A stretch of DNA of 62,902 nt, the filler included, from Octopus bimaculoides (taxonomy: Eukaryota): NCBI RefSeq assembly GCF_001194135.2. It is 4 parts of 3 records of this genome, joined end to end, with 100 filler letters (N's around TTAATTAATTAA, not from the genome) between each part and the next. Parts side by side here need not be neighbours in the genome. Positions count along the whole stretch, not along the records: positions 29,695 to 51,855 come from NC_068989.1; positions 51,956 to 62,902 come from NC_068993.1; 2 more parts are not named here. The stretch is one strand, 5' to 3'. The notes beneath the pieces were generated by a model that worked only from the letters and a program-made list of their open reading frames with translations, was not told the DNA's origin and searched no databases. Below are positions 37,905 to 52,097 of this stretch, in pieces. How positions within the stretch are numbered: position 1 is the first letter of the stretch; the number at the start of each line of letters is the position of its first letter. Both the position numbers and the translations under genes were made by a program.

Positions 37905-38529
37905 NNNNNNNNNNNNNNNNNNNNNNNNNNNNNNNNNNNNNNNNNNNNNNNNNNNNNNNNNNNNNNNNNNNNNNNNNNNNNNNNNNNNNNNNNNNNNNNN
38001 NNNNNNNNNNATATATGTATGTATGTATATATATGTATATATATATATATATATACATATTTAAGATGCAAATGTGTATGTATATATCTAAACATACATA
38101 GGTGGACATACATGTATGAGTGTGAGTATGTGCATGTGTGTTTAGATATATGATTATATGATCGTTAGACTTTTACTAGCATGTGTACATGTTTATCCAC
38201 ACACACACACACACACACACACGCAAACACACACACATATATATATATATGAATACAAAGCCAAAGGGTCGGCAAATAAGCGTGATAAAGTGTGGGGCAA
38301 CGCAAAATATTGGTTTGGTTAAAATGGGAAGGGCAGTGTTAGGTAGAACACAGCACGGCACGGAAGAATTTGGCCACGAATATATTCTTCTGATATAAAC
38401 ACACAGAGACACACTCATACACACACACGCGCACGCACACACACGCACACATATATATAAATATATGAAAACAAAGAGAAAACAAAGATGAAATGAAATC
38501 AAAACTTTTGAAGGAGTATTTAAAATAGG

Positions 38530-38584
<55 letters not shown>

Positions 38585-38992
38585 AAAGCAGAAAATGCCG
38601 GATTAATATTTTGAGTTGATCGCATACAAGGGAATATAAGTTGGTGTAGCAAAAACAATGGCTGCCTTTGTTACGACTAAGACATTTACGTTTCGACGGC
38701 TTTATCTTAAGTTCTACTTAATATTTTTATTTCTATAAGCATATTCAATGAAAAAGACATTAACCCATTGATTTATGTTTCATAGATAAGATTAAATAAA
38801 TATAATATAATGCAATATATATATATATATATATACAATAGCGCGATGGAATATTATGAATTGTGTTCATTCATAATAATGATAATTATGAATAGTCGAT
38901 GTACCCTATAATGTCAAATACATTATTAATGTGGGTTACTTTAATGCGTTATATATNNNNNNNNNNNNNNNNNNNNNNNNNNNNNNNNNNNN

Positions 38993-39042
<50 letters not shown>

Positions 39043-39274
39043 CATATGCATATATGTGCATGTATATATGAGCGCATTTATGCATAGTAAATAAACATGG
39101 ATGTATACACAGTGGTTATTAGATGTAAACGTAGATATACGAATACATACATATGGCTGTATATATAAGTATATAATTATACATATACAGTTTTGTATGT
39201 ATGCACATATATATGTATGCATACATACGTACATAATACATACATACATAAATACATATATATATACATACACA

Positions 39275-39308
<34 letters not shown>

Positions 39309-39597
39309 AGTAATTAGGTCAGCAGACAGAAATCGGAAAAAGATAACGCGATGTTTACAGCTATACTGATATTAACAAACACAGTTGCACACATACCATA
39401 TAAATACAAATACTGCATAGAAATGCATATTTATACACAGCTACTTTCAAACAGTCACTCGTACATACATGAATATATGCATATAATGTATTTGAATTCA
39501 CTATGATACATAGATGGCTATCTTCATTTAATACAGCTTCTACTGTATATAAATGATATAAATATGTGTCTCTGTTGTTAATATATATATATGTGTT

Positions 39598-39675
<78 letters not shown>

Positions 39676-40179
39676 TGCGTGTATGTGTATGTGTGTGTAT
39701 ACATACAAATGTTGGTGGTAAAGAAATAATGAACAGGTAAAAAAAAATGCAGCTCATATCTTAATTAATAAATTCATTTTGTTAGATGAAACGAAACTTA
39801 GAGGTAAATGATTCTGCACGTGCATATATGTTACTTGGTACTTCAGGTGCCATATATGGAAGGTAAACATACTGTATCAAGATGGCGGAGTAGCATACTG
39901 TTCTCATTGGTTCACATAGATCTTGCATCGGCGTGATGCTATTTCAGCCGTAACAGTTGGACTGCACACAGGCAGGGTTCAAGTACGGTTCCGGTCATGG
40001 AAATTACGAATTAAACTGAATTCTGTAGTTTTGAAAGCAGCTGTACGCGTATCTGTCAAGAAAGAGAAGTAAACATCTGATGATATACACATCTGACCTC
40101 TGTTGTCCGCTCTCAGCCATACAGAAATGCATGCTGTATTCACACACATGATGGTTACATTACGCTCTAGATGTACATA

Positions 40180-40216
<37 letters not shown>

Positions 40217-41387
40217 ATGCATGCACGCATAAGCGTATCACTAAATTCTTGTATAAATATAGGTAGCCAACAACATACAGGCTCACATTCTATGAACAGC
40301 GCTCACTTTATGACTAGAATATGTTACACATGAACACAACTTCTTAAAATATCCGTCTGAATAACGTATTTATTCTTGTTGATATTTTCAAGGTTTTCGA
40401 GCCATACATAAGAGCTAACTTTATCAAAACTGATGCTGTCGGCGTCCTAAATGCATTATGAGACGACTGAATGTGGTCCAAGGTTTGCCCTGACTGATTT
40501 CCAGGCCCATAGTATCACTTTCAAAGTATTCCACATGTTTGCATTCATGCATAGAGATACGTTTTTCTCACAATCCTACGCTCGGGCATGAACACAGGCA
40601 ACTATTTACTGTGACAAGGAGGAATGGCTAACTACAACAGGCAAAGATAGAATACTTTCTGAGAATTCTAAATCCGAGTCTATAACAGGAAATAGTCCGC
40701 AACTTTTACACAGATTAGCATATAATACGTGAGTTCGTATTTGTGTGTGTACTGTTACGCATATGGTTATATATGCTCGTATGAACATTGACCTAAATAG
40801 ATACATACATACATGCATACATACATGCATACATACATACATATATAATACATACATACATACATCAATGTACAATATATTAATGTGAGAGTGTGTGTCA
40901 GTTTGTGAAACAGAAAGGGGAAACGGGGAATCCTGTACGCGCGGAAATACATACAGTGAGAGACAAAGAGAAAGGGAAGGCGAGAGAGAGAAAGAGAGGG
41001 GAAACACACACACGTTTACATACTAACATATATTATGCATATATATATATATATATATATATTTATATGCATACATATAAACACATACAAGATGTGTGTG
41101 TGTGTGTGTGTGGTGCTTCTTTCTCGTGTAATGCATGTTTGTACATAAATCTGATAGATGTGTAATACAATACATTAATGCAAAAACCAATTCCATGTGA
41201 CAAAAAATGGTTTGTTTGTGTGAGTGAAAGCAGAGAGGTGGTGATTTTATAGATTCGCAGGTTTTCTTCTTTCTCTTTTTCATTTTCGTTGCCTTATTGC
41301 TTCGCCATTATTATCACCACCACCATTATTATTATTATTTATTTATTTATTTATTTATGTGTTTCAGCCAAGTGGCTGCGGTCATGC

Positions 41388-41423
<36 letters not shown>

Positions 41424-41427
<4 letters not shown>

Positions 41428-41562
41428 GCAGCGTACTAGCAGAATCGTTAGGACACCGGGCAAATTCCGCCGAGGTAGCCTTTGACTTTCATCCTTTCGG
41501 GGTCGATAAAATAAATACCAGTAGAGTAATGGGGTCGATGTAGTCGACTAGTCCCCTCCACG
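41424..41562 (+). mobile_element. SINE family C with internal deletion
   Basis: Contains gcagaatcgttagg..aaattccgccgagg..ctttcatcctttcggggtcgataaaata. Confidence 0.85.
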
Positions 41563-41749
41563 GATTATTAACGTCAGTAATATCTCCACGCTTTATCTAT
41601 TGTCTCTGGGAAGGAGGAAATCTGAAGTTGACCTCAGCCTGTTACGAAATACCGCAAGATATCTTACTCAGTGCTCCAGTGTTTTTGTTGCCAGTACACG
41701 TGGACGTATAGCTATATGTGCGCATGCGTGATTGCATATACCTACGTGG

Positions 41750-42086
41750 AACTCCATCGATTATGGCGACGAGGGTTCCAGTTGATCAGATCAACGGAAC
41801 AGCCTGCTCGTGAAATTAACGTGTACCCTTAACGTAGTTCTTGGGGAGATTCAGCGTGGCACAGTGTGACAAGGCTGGCCCTTCGAAATACAGGTACAAC
41901 AGAAACTGGAAGAGTGTGAGAAAGTTGTGGTGAAAGACTACAGCAGGGTTTGCTAGCACTCCCTGCAGAGACTCCCGGATCTTTAACTATTTTCACTCAA
42001 TAAACATTCACAACGCCTGGTCTGGGACTGAACCCGGAACTATGTGGTTGGTAAGCAAGCTACTTACCACACAACCACTCCTGCGC
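41750..42086 (-). mobile_element. Chimeric SINE: family A tRNA head joined to an E-type body
   Basis: The head is family A up to gggttcagtccca, then continues gaccaggcgtt... as in 43450-43462, with an E-type 3' body. Confidence 0.75.
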
Positions 42087-43013
42087 ATATATTTATGCAT
42101 CCAATCTATACCGATGCGTGTGTGTGTGTGTATGAGTATATGTGTATGAGTGCGTTTTCTCTTTGTATAGATGACTTCGCACTTATGCGACTACAGTTTG
42201 ACAACCGACTTAGATTAGTTTACGCTCCGTACACAAAATGGATCGAAAATAATGTTCAATTGAATCAGTACCAGGCTTACAATACGCACGTAGGCCTATG
42301 TGTATTCGACTAGAATTCTGAAAGGTGTCCCAGTATGGGCACCGGTTGAAAGTCCTTAGTTAAACAATCACTAAAACAAGAGAACAACAGATTTTAGCTT
42401 TATACATACATACAGAGAGAGAGAGGGGGGAAGAGACGGTGAGGAGAAATAGTGAGAGATGGATATAATAGGGAGAAGGGAGAAAAAAGGAGAGGAGAGG
42501 AGAGAAAAGGAGAGAGAGAGAGAGAGAGATAGGAAGAGAAGGAGAAAGAAAGGTCGCGAAGTACGAACAGATAAACGAGATATCCGAGACAATAATTGAC
42601 ACGAAGGAAACGGATATATGAGAATACCTGTTTTTATGAAAGCATATATATCTTAGATTTTGCGTTTAAATGCTATAATGTGTGTGTGTGTATGTATATA
42701 TATNNNNNNNNNNNNNNNNNNNNNNNNNNNNNNNNNNNNNNNNNNNNNNNNNNNNNNNNNNNNNNNNNNNNNNNNNNNNNNNNNNNNNNNNNNNNNNNNN
42801 NNNNNNNNNNNNNNNNNNNNNNNNNNNNNNNNNNNNNNNNNNNNNNNNNNNNNNNNNNNNNNNNNNNNNNNNNNNNNNNNNNNNNNNNNNNNNNNNNNNN
42901 NNNNNNNNNNNNNNNNNNNNNNNNNNNNNNNNNNNNNNNNNNNNNNNNNNNNNNNNNNNNNNNNNNNNNNNNNNNNNNNNNNNNNNNNNNNNNNNNNNNN
43001 NNNNNNNNNNNNN

Positions 43014-43048
<35 letters not shown>

Positions 43049-43384
43049 GTATTATGTATGTATATTTATATATAGATATGCATGTGTATATGAGTGAATG
43101 TGTGTGCGTGTGTGTGTGTGTCTGTGTGTGTGTGTGTGTGTGACTGAGAAATACAGAGAAATGCAGAGAGTACAGAGAACCGACCGGAATAAGAATGGAG
43201 ACAATAACTTGAACAAGAACGTATATATCTACACAAACGCATACACACGAACCCACAGAGATATTCAGACACACCCACATAGACACGCACACGGACACAT
43301 ATACACACACACACACACACATACGTATATGTGTATGGATGTGTTTATACACACACAGATGTATATATGAATATATGAATGTGT

Positions 43385-43638
43385 GGCGGCGCAATGGCTC
43401 AGTGGTTAGGGCAGTGGACTCGAGGTCTTAAGATCGCGGTTTCGATTCCCAGACCGGGCGTTTCTGTTGTAACTGTATTTCAAAGGGCTAGACTTGTCTG
43501 TCACATTCTGTGTCACGCTGAATCTCCCAGAGAAGAATGTTAAGGGTACACGTGTCTGTGGAGTGCTCAGCCACTTGCAGGTTATTCTGTTGATCGGATC
43601 AACTAGAATCCGCGTATCGTAACCGACGGAGTGCCACG
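43385..43638 (+). mobile_element. SINE family E variant with its own tRNA-like head
   Basis: Reads gcaatggctcagtggttagggc..gcggtttcgattcccagaccgggcg, then a body matching 60545-60720. Confidence 0.85.
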
Positions 43639-43733
43639 ATATAAATGTACGTGTTTACACGTAGATATGTACACATACGCACATACGTGTGTGTATAATT
43701 ATATATATATGTACATATATGCGTTTATATAAT

Positions 43734-43778
<45 letters not shown>

Positions 43779-43869
43779 ATTTATATATAGATTATGTATA
43801 TATATGTGGGGGGGTTGTATGTATGTAGGAACAGTGATTGAGAGAAAAAGGGAAACCATAGAAAGAGAC

Positions 43870-44830
43870 AAATTCAAAGACAGTAAAAGAATGAGAGACA
43901 AAGAAAGAGAGAGAGTAAGAGAGAAAGAGAAAGAGCAATAGTTTCGAGTGAGTTCTCACCAAAGCCTATTTCAGTCGTTTTCAAGAGAAATTCTTGCATT
44001 CTTCTGTTTCGTTTAATTGGACTCTGATCGTTTCTTATCATTTTTTTTTCTCCAATATATTTTCCCCATTTATTCTTCACTCAACGTACAATGTATTCAA
44101 TTATTTCGATCTATTTCTCATGTCCCCAAGCAATCAAATTCTCCCTTCTATTCATTTACATCACATAATTTTTTTCCCTTTTTTTTGGCTTCTGTTCTTC
44201 TTGCTTTTGTTTTAGTTTTCTTTTGTCGTTTCTTTCATTTTCGATCTTTCTACTCTATCGTTCCTATTTCTACCTTTTTCTTCCTTTCCTTTTCTGCTTT
44301 TTTTTCCCTTTTGTATTTGTCTTTTATTTTGATTTTCTACTTCCCTTTCTTTCTTCCGATCTATCCACCTTTTCTCTTCCTTTCTTTCTCTTTTGTTCAT
44401 TCCCTTCTTCGCTCTTTCGGTTTTGTTCTTTTCTCTCTTCCTTTCTTCCTTCTCTTCATTCACTCATTCCATCATTTGTAATTTCCTTCTTCCAGATTCA
44501 TTTTTTCTGTTCTGCCTTCCTCACATTCTTCTTCCTTTCATTTTCGTTCTTTCTCCCTACTTATTTTCTCCTTACTCATTCATTTATTCTTTCTTTCTGT
44601 CTTTTTCTCTCCTTTCTTTCTTCTTTCTTTCTTTCATTTTCTTATCTACATATTTCATTATTTTTAGATGCTTTATTTTCCTTCTGGCACGTTCGATGTG
44701 GTTCATCCTCCCTTTCTTCTCTTCATTCATCCAATCAATCATTCATACATTAATACTTTCTTTCTTTCTCTTATCTACATGTTTCATTCTGTTTTTTTTC
44801 CTTTCTAGAACATCCGATATGCATTTCTAA
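43870..44830. repeat. Pyrimidine-rich low-complexity tract
   Basis: Read directly. It is the source of the F/L/S-rich and K/E/R-rich spurious ORFs. Confidence 0.85.
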
Positions 44831-45226
44831 TGCACATTTAGTCTTCTTCTACTTGTGTGCCCCACCCACTCGAGTAAGAGACTTCTGACCAATCTATCTG
44901 CTAGTCTAACCTACCATTTAATCCACTTATTTTATTTTTTTTTTCTTCTTCTGTCTTGCTCATTCGATTGTTACTTTCATGAAGAAAAATCCAAGCTCCA
45001 ACCCACTCTGTTACTATAACGGAACAATTGACATATCTAGGAAGAACAAAACTCACGATTATTGGTTAGAGATCGAACTAATCAAAATCGGAGAAGATTT
45101 CAACAAATTGTATGAAAAATAAAATTGTTTCAACTCTAAGAATAACTGCAATAATCCGAAATAATATGTGTATGTATGTATGTATGTATGTATGTATGTA
45201 TACGTGTGATTGTCCGTTTCTGAGTA

Positions 45227-45279
<53 letters not shown>

Positions 45280-46339
45280 TGTCTTAAGAAAAACCACATA
45301 TAGGATAATGTATTCCGTCTATTTGCTTGAATGGAATATATTTATTTATATCTCTGTCTTTCAAGACTCGAATACAGCTACCCAGTAGTAACAGCCACTG
45401 GGTTCTGGCTTGGTATGTGTTATAGAACTTACATTCCACCCAATGGCTGTCATGGAATGATCTACTGTGAAATGATATATTAATAGGCATAGTTAACTCG
45501 GTGATTGTATGAATGATATCGATAAGAGCAGAAACGATCCGTGCATAAACATAGTAACAATATACAGTTGAATAATCATTTAGGTGATTTAAGAAACCAT
45601 AATGACATAATTCGTGATGCTTCTGTCGGAATTTATGTAAATCTTGGTTTATCAGAAAGATATAGTTATTGATTTCTGACTAAAGCGAAACTTTTGTCTG
45701 TTTTGGAAAGAAATAAGCCAAACGTCGGATGCTGTCCCTGTCTTTATGAGTGGAGTGAGTAAAGTCAGCATCAATCTGTAATGAAAGACAGAGGGCGAAC
45801 TATATTACACATACGGTTAATCTGTAAATCACAGCGCTCACTATGCAGCATAATAACGGATGTAAGAGTGTGAGACTCTCGAGCTGTTTCCATTTAGTAA
45901 AAATCAATTATAGATTCAAATTGAAGTCCAAACAAAAAGCTGATTAGTCTGGCTGGAATATAAATTGTCACTATCTGCGGAAAGTTAGCATGAGAATGTA
46001 TCTCCAGTCAAATATTTTCATGAATGAACTCTGCGTAAGAAAGACTTACGTCCTGACCAAGCTCATCCTTCAATTATTTAATTCAATAAAACAGCTGATT
46101 AACACTTACAAATAAAATGTAACTTGATCTCCGTCGGTTTCGATGAGGATTATTGGAGTTGTTCGAAGAACTGATGTAAATATCCATTGAACCACAATTT
46201 AAATGCCTAATGTTGGTAAAACAAGCCCAATGTACTAACTTCAATTCAGCTTCGTACCTATCCTCACATACGATCATACATGTTGGCTAATGACCGAAAG
46301 TGTATGATCGTGTATACAAGCGGCCGATATGTGGTTCCT

Positions 46340-46600
46340 CTGAAAGATGTGTGGAGTGACGTAATTCGACAGGACAGCATGCGTAGTTCGGAGATCAGGG
46401 AGTCCTTCCAGTTTGACAGGTTGGTTTTTTGCATTCAGAGGTCAAAGCTCTGGTATTATGAACATGCGATTAGAATGTCAGAGAGAAGAATTGCTAGATG
46501 GATTCTGCAAGTCTAGTCAACTGGAAGGAGACTAGGAGTAGACTAAGGATAAGATGGCTGGATAATATCCATAGTCTCAGTTGGTCATTCTTGGGAATCC
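46340..46600 (+). mobile_element. Decayed RTE-clade LINE 3' coding fragment
   Basis: Translation SSEIRESF..IQRSKLWYYEHAIRMSERRIAR..TGRR..RLRIRWLDNI corresponds to the RW.GH..RM...GR..RW motif. Confidence 0.75.
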
Positions 46601-46736
46601 AGCTGGTAATTGTACTCCAATTTGCAATTTCTGTCTCTCTCCCATCACAAATGCACCAAACTATTAAGTGGTGAATGTGAACCTGTAAGAAACGGCACTA
46701 TTCGTCACTAACTATTCTTCATTATTCTTCACTAAC

Positions 46737-46920
46737 AGGTGAAATGTTTGGCAGTATTTCGTCTGCCGTTACGTTCTGAGTTCAAATTCCGCCGAAGTCG
46801 ACTTTGCCTTTCATCCTTTCGGGGTCGATGTATTAAGTACCAGTTGCGTACTGAGGTCTATCTAATCGACTGGCTCCCTCCCCAAAATTTCGGGCCCTGT
46901 GCCTAGAGTAGAAAAGAATA
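46737..46920 (+). mobile_element. SINE family C, well preserved
   Basis: Contains gttctgagttcaaattccgccgaagtcgactttgcctttcatcctttcggggtcgat...gtgcctagagtagaaaagaat. Confidence 0.92.
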
Positions 46921-49771
46921 TGATAAATGAAAGCCACGTATTTGCTTCAAATACTTATCTTTATTTTCTTCTTTCTCTCACGTTGCTTCTAACTCCTCTT
47001 TAATTGTTAATTTTTTTCTTTTTCAGCACCTTTCGAAATTTTGTCTATCGTATGTAACCTCTCGCCTTCTATAATAATCGTCGTATTCTCTCATTCCATT
47101 TGTGCTATTGTAGCTATACATGTATAATACATACATACTTACATATATGTGTGTGCGTGTGCGCATGCGTGTGTGTGTGAGTGTGTGCCTCAATGTGTGT
47201 ACGTGCGTGTGTAATTTTCCCATTTCCAATGATCAGGTTAATAGAGGTAATATCGAACAGAGTAGACTGTTCCGTACCTGAGTTACTTAGAACTGCTGAT
47301 GCTCCTTCTGCAGTTGTTTATAACAGTATTGGCCCTTATCCAGAATACCTATGCTCCGAGGTGTTTCATTTGTAATATTTGGCCATTTTTGTGGCATAGA
47401 ATATTTAGGATTACGTTACCCTATCTCTCCCAGATTAGTTAATACGTAAATCTAGGTCTTGTTACCCCAATGATCATATGTCAGTTCCAACATCGGTCTT
47501 TGCAGAAGTACAATCCTTTAAATTTACGGGACCTAAATTTATTGTTTTCTACTAAGCTATTAATAACATGAGTTTCTTAAGTGTTCACTTTAATGAAACG
47601 CAACCAGGCACCTCGTCATTTTTTTCCTTCATTGCCCTCGCTTACAAGCAGCCCAGACATTCCGAACTCAAGTATTTGTTGATTGATTCCCACAAACATA
47701 TGAAGAAAAGAGGAAATGAAGAAGGGGAAGGAGGGTAGTAGCTCGATTTTGAAACAGTAGCAAATTACTTGTCATACTTGCTGAATAGGTGTTAACAAAA
47801 TTGACTCGGCTGAACATTTATCGATTAGCATATGTACGAAAGAGATTTTAAAATTCCACGTTCGCTCTTTCGATCGTTTCTTCACTTCTCACTCACTCAC
47901 TCACTCACTCACTCACTATTTTTCTCTTCTTTCTCTTTGCCTCTCTCTTTCTCTCTTTCTACTCTCTTTCTTTCCCTCATTTTCTCTGCTATTATGTCTA
48001 TCTCTAATAATCGTTCAGTCTATCATATTCTGTTATTTTCTATTAGTCTGTTAAAATGTTTGTCTTCTTGTATATTTCCACTTGGAAACAAAGACTCAGA
48101 TCGGCAATAATACAGCCTATCATAAATTTATCGAAGCTGGTAGTTTAGATAATATTTATGGGACAAATTGCCGCAAACGGTTAGAATACAGGCCATAAAA
48201 GTGTCTTTTCAGAGATTAAGTGCAAATGTTTCAGCTAGACATAGAAAAAACTAATGTGTAATGGCAATTTTAATAGCATCTAACTTCTTCATTAGTTTTT
48301 AATATTTGGAGAGGTGAAATAACGAAGTGGATAAAGACATTCGGAGGGAAAGATACTCTGATGTGATTTCCTATTCAAGTTGTCTTCAGGAAGTCACAAC
48401 AACTCCATTAAAATATCTCTCAGTTCCTTTTCCCGATTGTTAGGTTCAAATGGGTAGTACCTACATTGAGCTATAGTAAAGCAGCCATTTGTATATTATA
48501 CTTATAGAAGAGATATTTCGCCACCAGCAAAGGAAAGCTGAATAAACATTAACTGATGTTGCAAATAGCCACTCAACTGAGGAAAATCCGTTATATGCAA
48601 TAGAAGGATTATTAAATTACTATGACCATTTCTATGTGGTACTTCCCCACGAGTATGATTCTAAACTGCCCCCGGCAGCGGGGCTCTGGTCTGGGAGGTC
48701 CAGAGTTTGGAGGATTATAGAAGCATCTCTTGGCCACTATTGTTCTCAGGTCTGCTCGGATCCGGTGTAGTAGCACTTCTCAGGATCACAGCTATGGATT
48801 AAAGAGCATGTAACCACTCGAGTCATGGTATGTTGAACTCATGGATTGTGAACAATTTCGGTAAATGTATTTATTAAGTGGCGAAGATCCCGATATATTG
48901 AGATGACTGACATTCAATAAACTTTTAGCGCCCACGCTCCATCAATCCAGTTAGCGAACTACTGCTATCGTCTGTAGTCGTGGCGTTTCCAGATGTGTCA
49001 TTTCAGGTCCCGAAAGATCAATGCGTCTAGAACTGAAGCTAGACGTTCATATTGCATTGGTAGATCGGAACGTTTGCTGTGGAGGAGTTTTATTGGTCCA
49101 GGTAGGTAACCTGACTGGGTCATGTATCATTCTTGATGTTAATACAGTGAGATGGGCAAAACTGCTGAGTTCTTCGTTCTGAGATAATATCTCAAATGGA
49201 CGTGTTACAAGATATATTCGTAGCTGACGAAAATCATCTCTCCAGTGACCGGTGAATATGGTCGATGCATGTTTGCCTGAACGGGCTTTGACAGTGAGCA
49301 TGTACTCACAGCCAACCCCATACAAAGAAGAAACGATTCCTTACTGATATACGAAAACAAGGAATAAGCATTAATTGGTATTCCAAATAACTAATCGGCT
49401 GAATATAATGACACAGTAGTATCTGAGGAAACTAAAACATGTTGTTTCATGCCTTGGGGAAGAAGAAAAGGCTCGCGTTTCATCAGAGAGTGTTGTTACT
49501 CAGCGAAGAGGAAAACGGTAAACGAAAAACTAGATCAAAGACTAAAGAGGACTCAGGACTCAGAGGTTGCGAGTGGCGTTACTCAGTATGGGGTGAGTAA
49601 CACATATTCCATATTCTCATTTCTCAGGCATCATTCATGTATCATTATTTTAATATTTTGTTTTTAATGTTTGTCATGTTCATTTTCATATCATTCATAG
49701 CATCATATTTTTATTTTAATTGTTGTATGTTCCCACATGTGTAATGCCTTTATGGCAATTTAAAAGAAATA

Positions 49772-49900
49772 AACAAGCTTCCTTCCCAACCATATGATTC
49801 CGGGTTCAGTCCCACTGTGTGACACCTTGGGCAAATGTCTTCTACTATAGGCGACCAAAGCTTTGTGAGTAGATTTAGCAGACAGAAACTGAAAAAAGCT
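49772..49900 (+). mobile_element. SINE family A, 5' half
   Basis: Contains ccgggttcagtcccactgtgtgacaccttgggcaaatgtcttctactatag. Confidence 0.85.
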
Positions 49901-49903
49901 TGT

Positions 49904-49944
<41 letters not shown>

Positions 49945-50298
49945 NNNNNNNNNNNNNNNNNNNNNNNNNNNNNNNNNNNNNNNNNNNNNNNNNNNNNNNN
50001 NNNNNNNNNNNNNNNNNNNNNNNNNNNNNNNNNNNNNNNNNNNNNNNNNNNNNNNNNNNNNNNNNNNNNNNNNNNNNNNNNNNNNNNNNNNNNNNNNNNN
50101 NNNNNNNNNNNNNNNNNNNNNNNNNNNNNNNNNNNNNNNNNNNNNNNNNNNNNNNNNNNNNNNNNNNNNNNNNNNNNNNNNNNNNNNNNNNNNNNNNNNN
50201 NNNNNNNNNNNNNNNNNNNNNNNNNNNNNNNNNNNNNNNNNNNNNNNNNNNNNNNNNNNNNNNNNNNNNNNNNNNNNNNNNNNNNNNNNNNNNNNNNN

Positions 50299-50335
<37 letters not shown>

Positions 50336-51797
50336 CACAGGCATATAGTACTCAAGGGTGGATTGATACTCAAAATGTAAATATTTGTTTCAGATATGTG
50401 TATATTAAAGACATCTTTAAATTCGCACATTTAGATTATAGATATACGGACTTACATTTGAAGAGATTAAATATTGCATTTCCATAAGGTTATCATAACA
50501 TTTAAATTTAGGAAAAAAATATGGATCAAAAGTCTTTACTGTTAAAACCACTGGGCAATAAGATTAATTAGTCTAAAAGATCATATTTCGTCTTTCAATT
50601 TGTGGCCATTAGGTGTCAAGTAGGTTCGGTTACCAGTAAATGGTTCTATTCTCTCATGGACATCAACGTAGATGTTTGACTTTGTACATTTAGTCTTTGA
50701 ATATTCAAATGGGTGTTCTGAGAGGGATTTCTGCAAGAGGTGGCATTGAATAGGGGGAAGGTATTTAGAATTCTGTTATATCTTGGGAGAGTCATTATAC
50801 TAGTAATAAATATATGCACCGCTTCTATTTCACTCCTTTAATTTTATTACTTGGCTAAACAATTAACAAATTAACTAATCGATTATTTTATTAGTCATTC
50901 GCTGAATCAATTTATTAGCTAGCTTTGTGGAAGTCCCATCGTCGCCATTCATAAACTCATTAATAACAAACTCTCACTACTTCAAGTATGCTTCAGGTCT
51001 GTCCCTCTCTCTTCTACCTTCTATATTTATATAGAATTGTTTTCTGGGTATCAATTTCTTGGTATTAGTGCAATTCTGTGAATATTTTTACGAATTATCT
51101 TTTTTTTATATACCTTATATCCCTTTTTAATCAAATTTGTTATTCGCATTTTAGAATTTGAAAATATCCTAATATATATTGAATTTTTGTATAGAAGAGG
51201 AACAGTAATTTTGAAATCAATGTTTGAAAATAGTAGTCAGTTTATTGTTTTCATAGCAAAATGCGTGTCATTTCAAATTAAGTCCTGAGACAGATTTTTC
51301 TAACAGTGATATTTTTGGCGAACAGTATATTCATACAAAGAAACTGATGAAGAGTCGTTCTCTATTAGTTGTCCCGTTTTCCATTTTTTCTCTCGTTGTT
51401 TGCGTATTTAACTCGTTTGTTGTACTTCATGTTGCTTACACAGCTGTGACGTCCGGTACCCACATTTGGAAATATATATATATATATATATAAATATATA
51501 TATACATGAGAGGTATTGGTATCCAGAAGACCCAACGTGGCAGGTAAGGCTGTGTAAGTGCTACCGGAAGGACTGTAGTTAGACTCTCGGTTCGATACTA
51601 ATACGAGTGAGAAGTCTAATTCGGGTCTTATGTGAGCATGTATATGTTAAATAAAACGAGACAACAATCCCAAGGTTGTGTGGAATTTTCAGGATATTTA
51701 TAAAGAGAAAGTTACAATCGTTCTCTTTATAAATGTCCTGAAAATAAATCCCACACAGCCTTGGGTTTGTTGTCTCATTTTCTTTAACATATACATG

Positions 51798-51855
<58 letters not shown>

Positions 51856-51955
51856 NNNNNNNNNNNNNNNNNNNNNNNNNNNNNNNNNNNNNNNNNNNNT
51901 TAATTAATTAANNNNNNNNNNNNNNNNNNNNNNNNNNNNNNNNNNNNNNNNNNNN
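51856..51955. other. Artificial 100-bp assembly spacer
   Basis: 44N + TTAATTAATTAA + 44N. Confidence 0.93.
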
Positions 51956-52097
51956 TTTTAAAATAAAGCTCAATATTCTTCTAGCCATAACTCTTTGTCT
52001 CTTCTTAAGCAAATGCAGTGGCTAGCTTTTTCCACTATAGTTTGGATATCAGTCATGTATATGTGTGTATATATGTATATATGTGCATATGTATATA

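Noticed and set aside
39880-39915. caagatggcgg (YY1-like) and attgg (CCAAT-like) motifs as a promoter; also acttccgg at ~26411
   Set aside because: These are short motifs with no downstream gene or CpG-island evidence, so they are not distinguishable from chance.
43385-43460. tRNA-like sequences here and at 7330-7406, 12598, 31389, 34420 and 60402 as tRNA genes
   Set aside because: They lack a complete cloverleaf and run directly into SINE bodies, so they are SINE heads.
44017-44830. Hydrophobic F/L/S-rich ORFs resembling membrane proteins
   Set aside because: They arise from a CT-rich low-complexity tract.
49047-49325. 92-aa ORF in non-repetitive-looking DNA
   Set aside because: It has no recognisable motif, and its length is within chance expectation.
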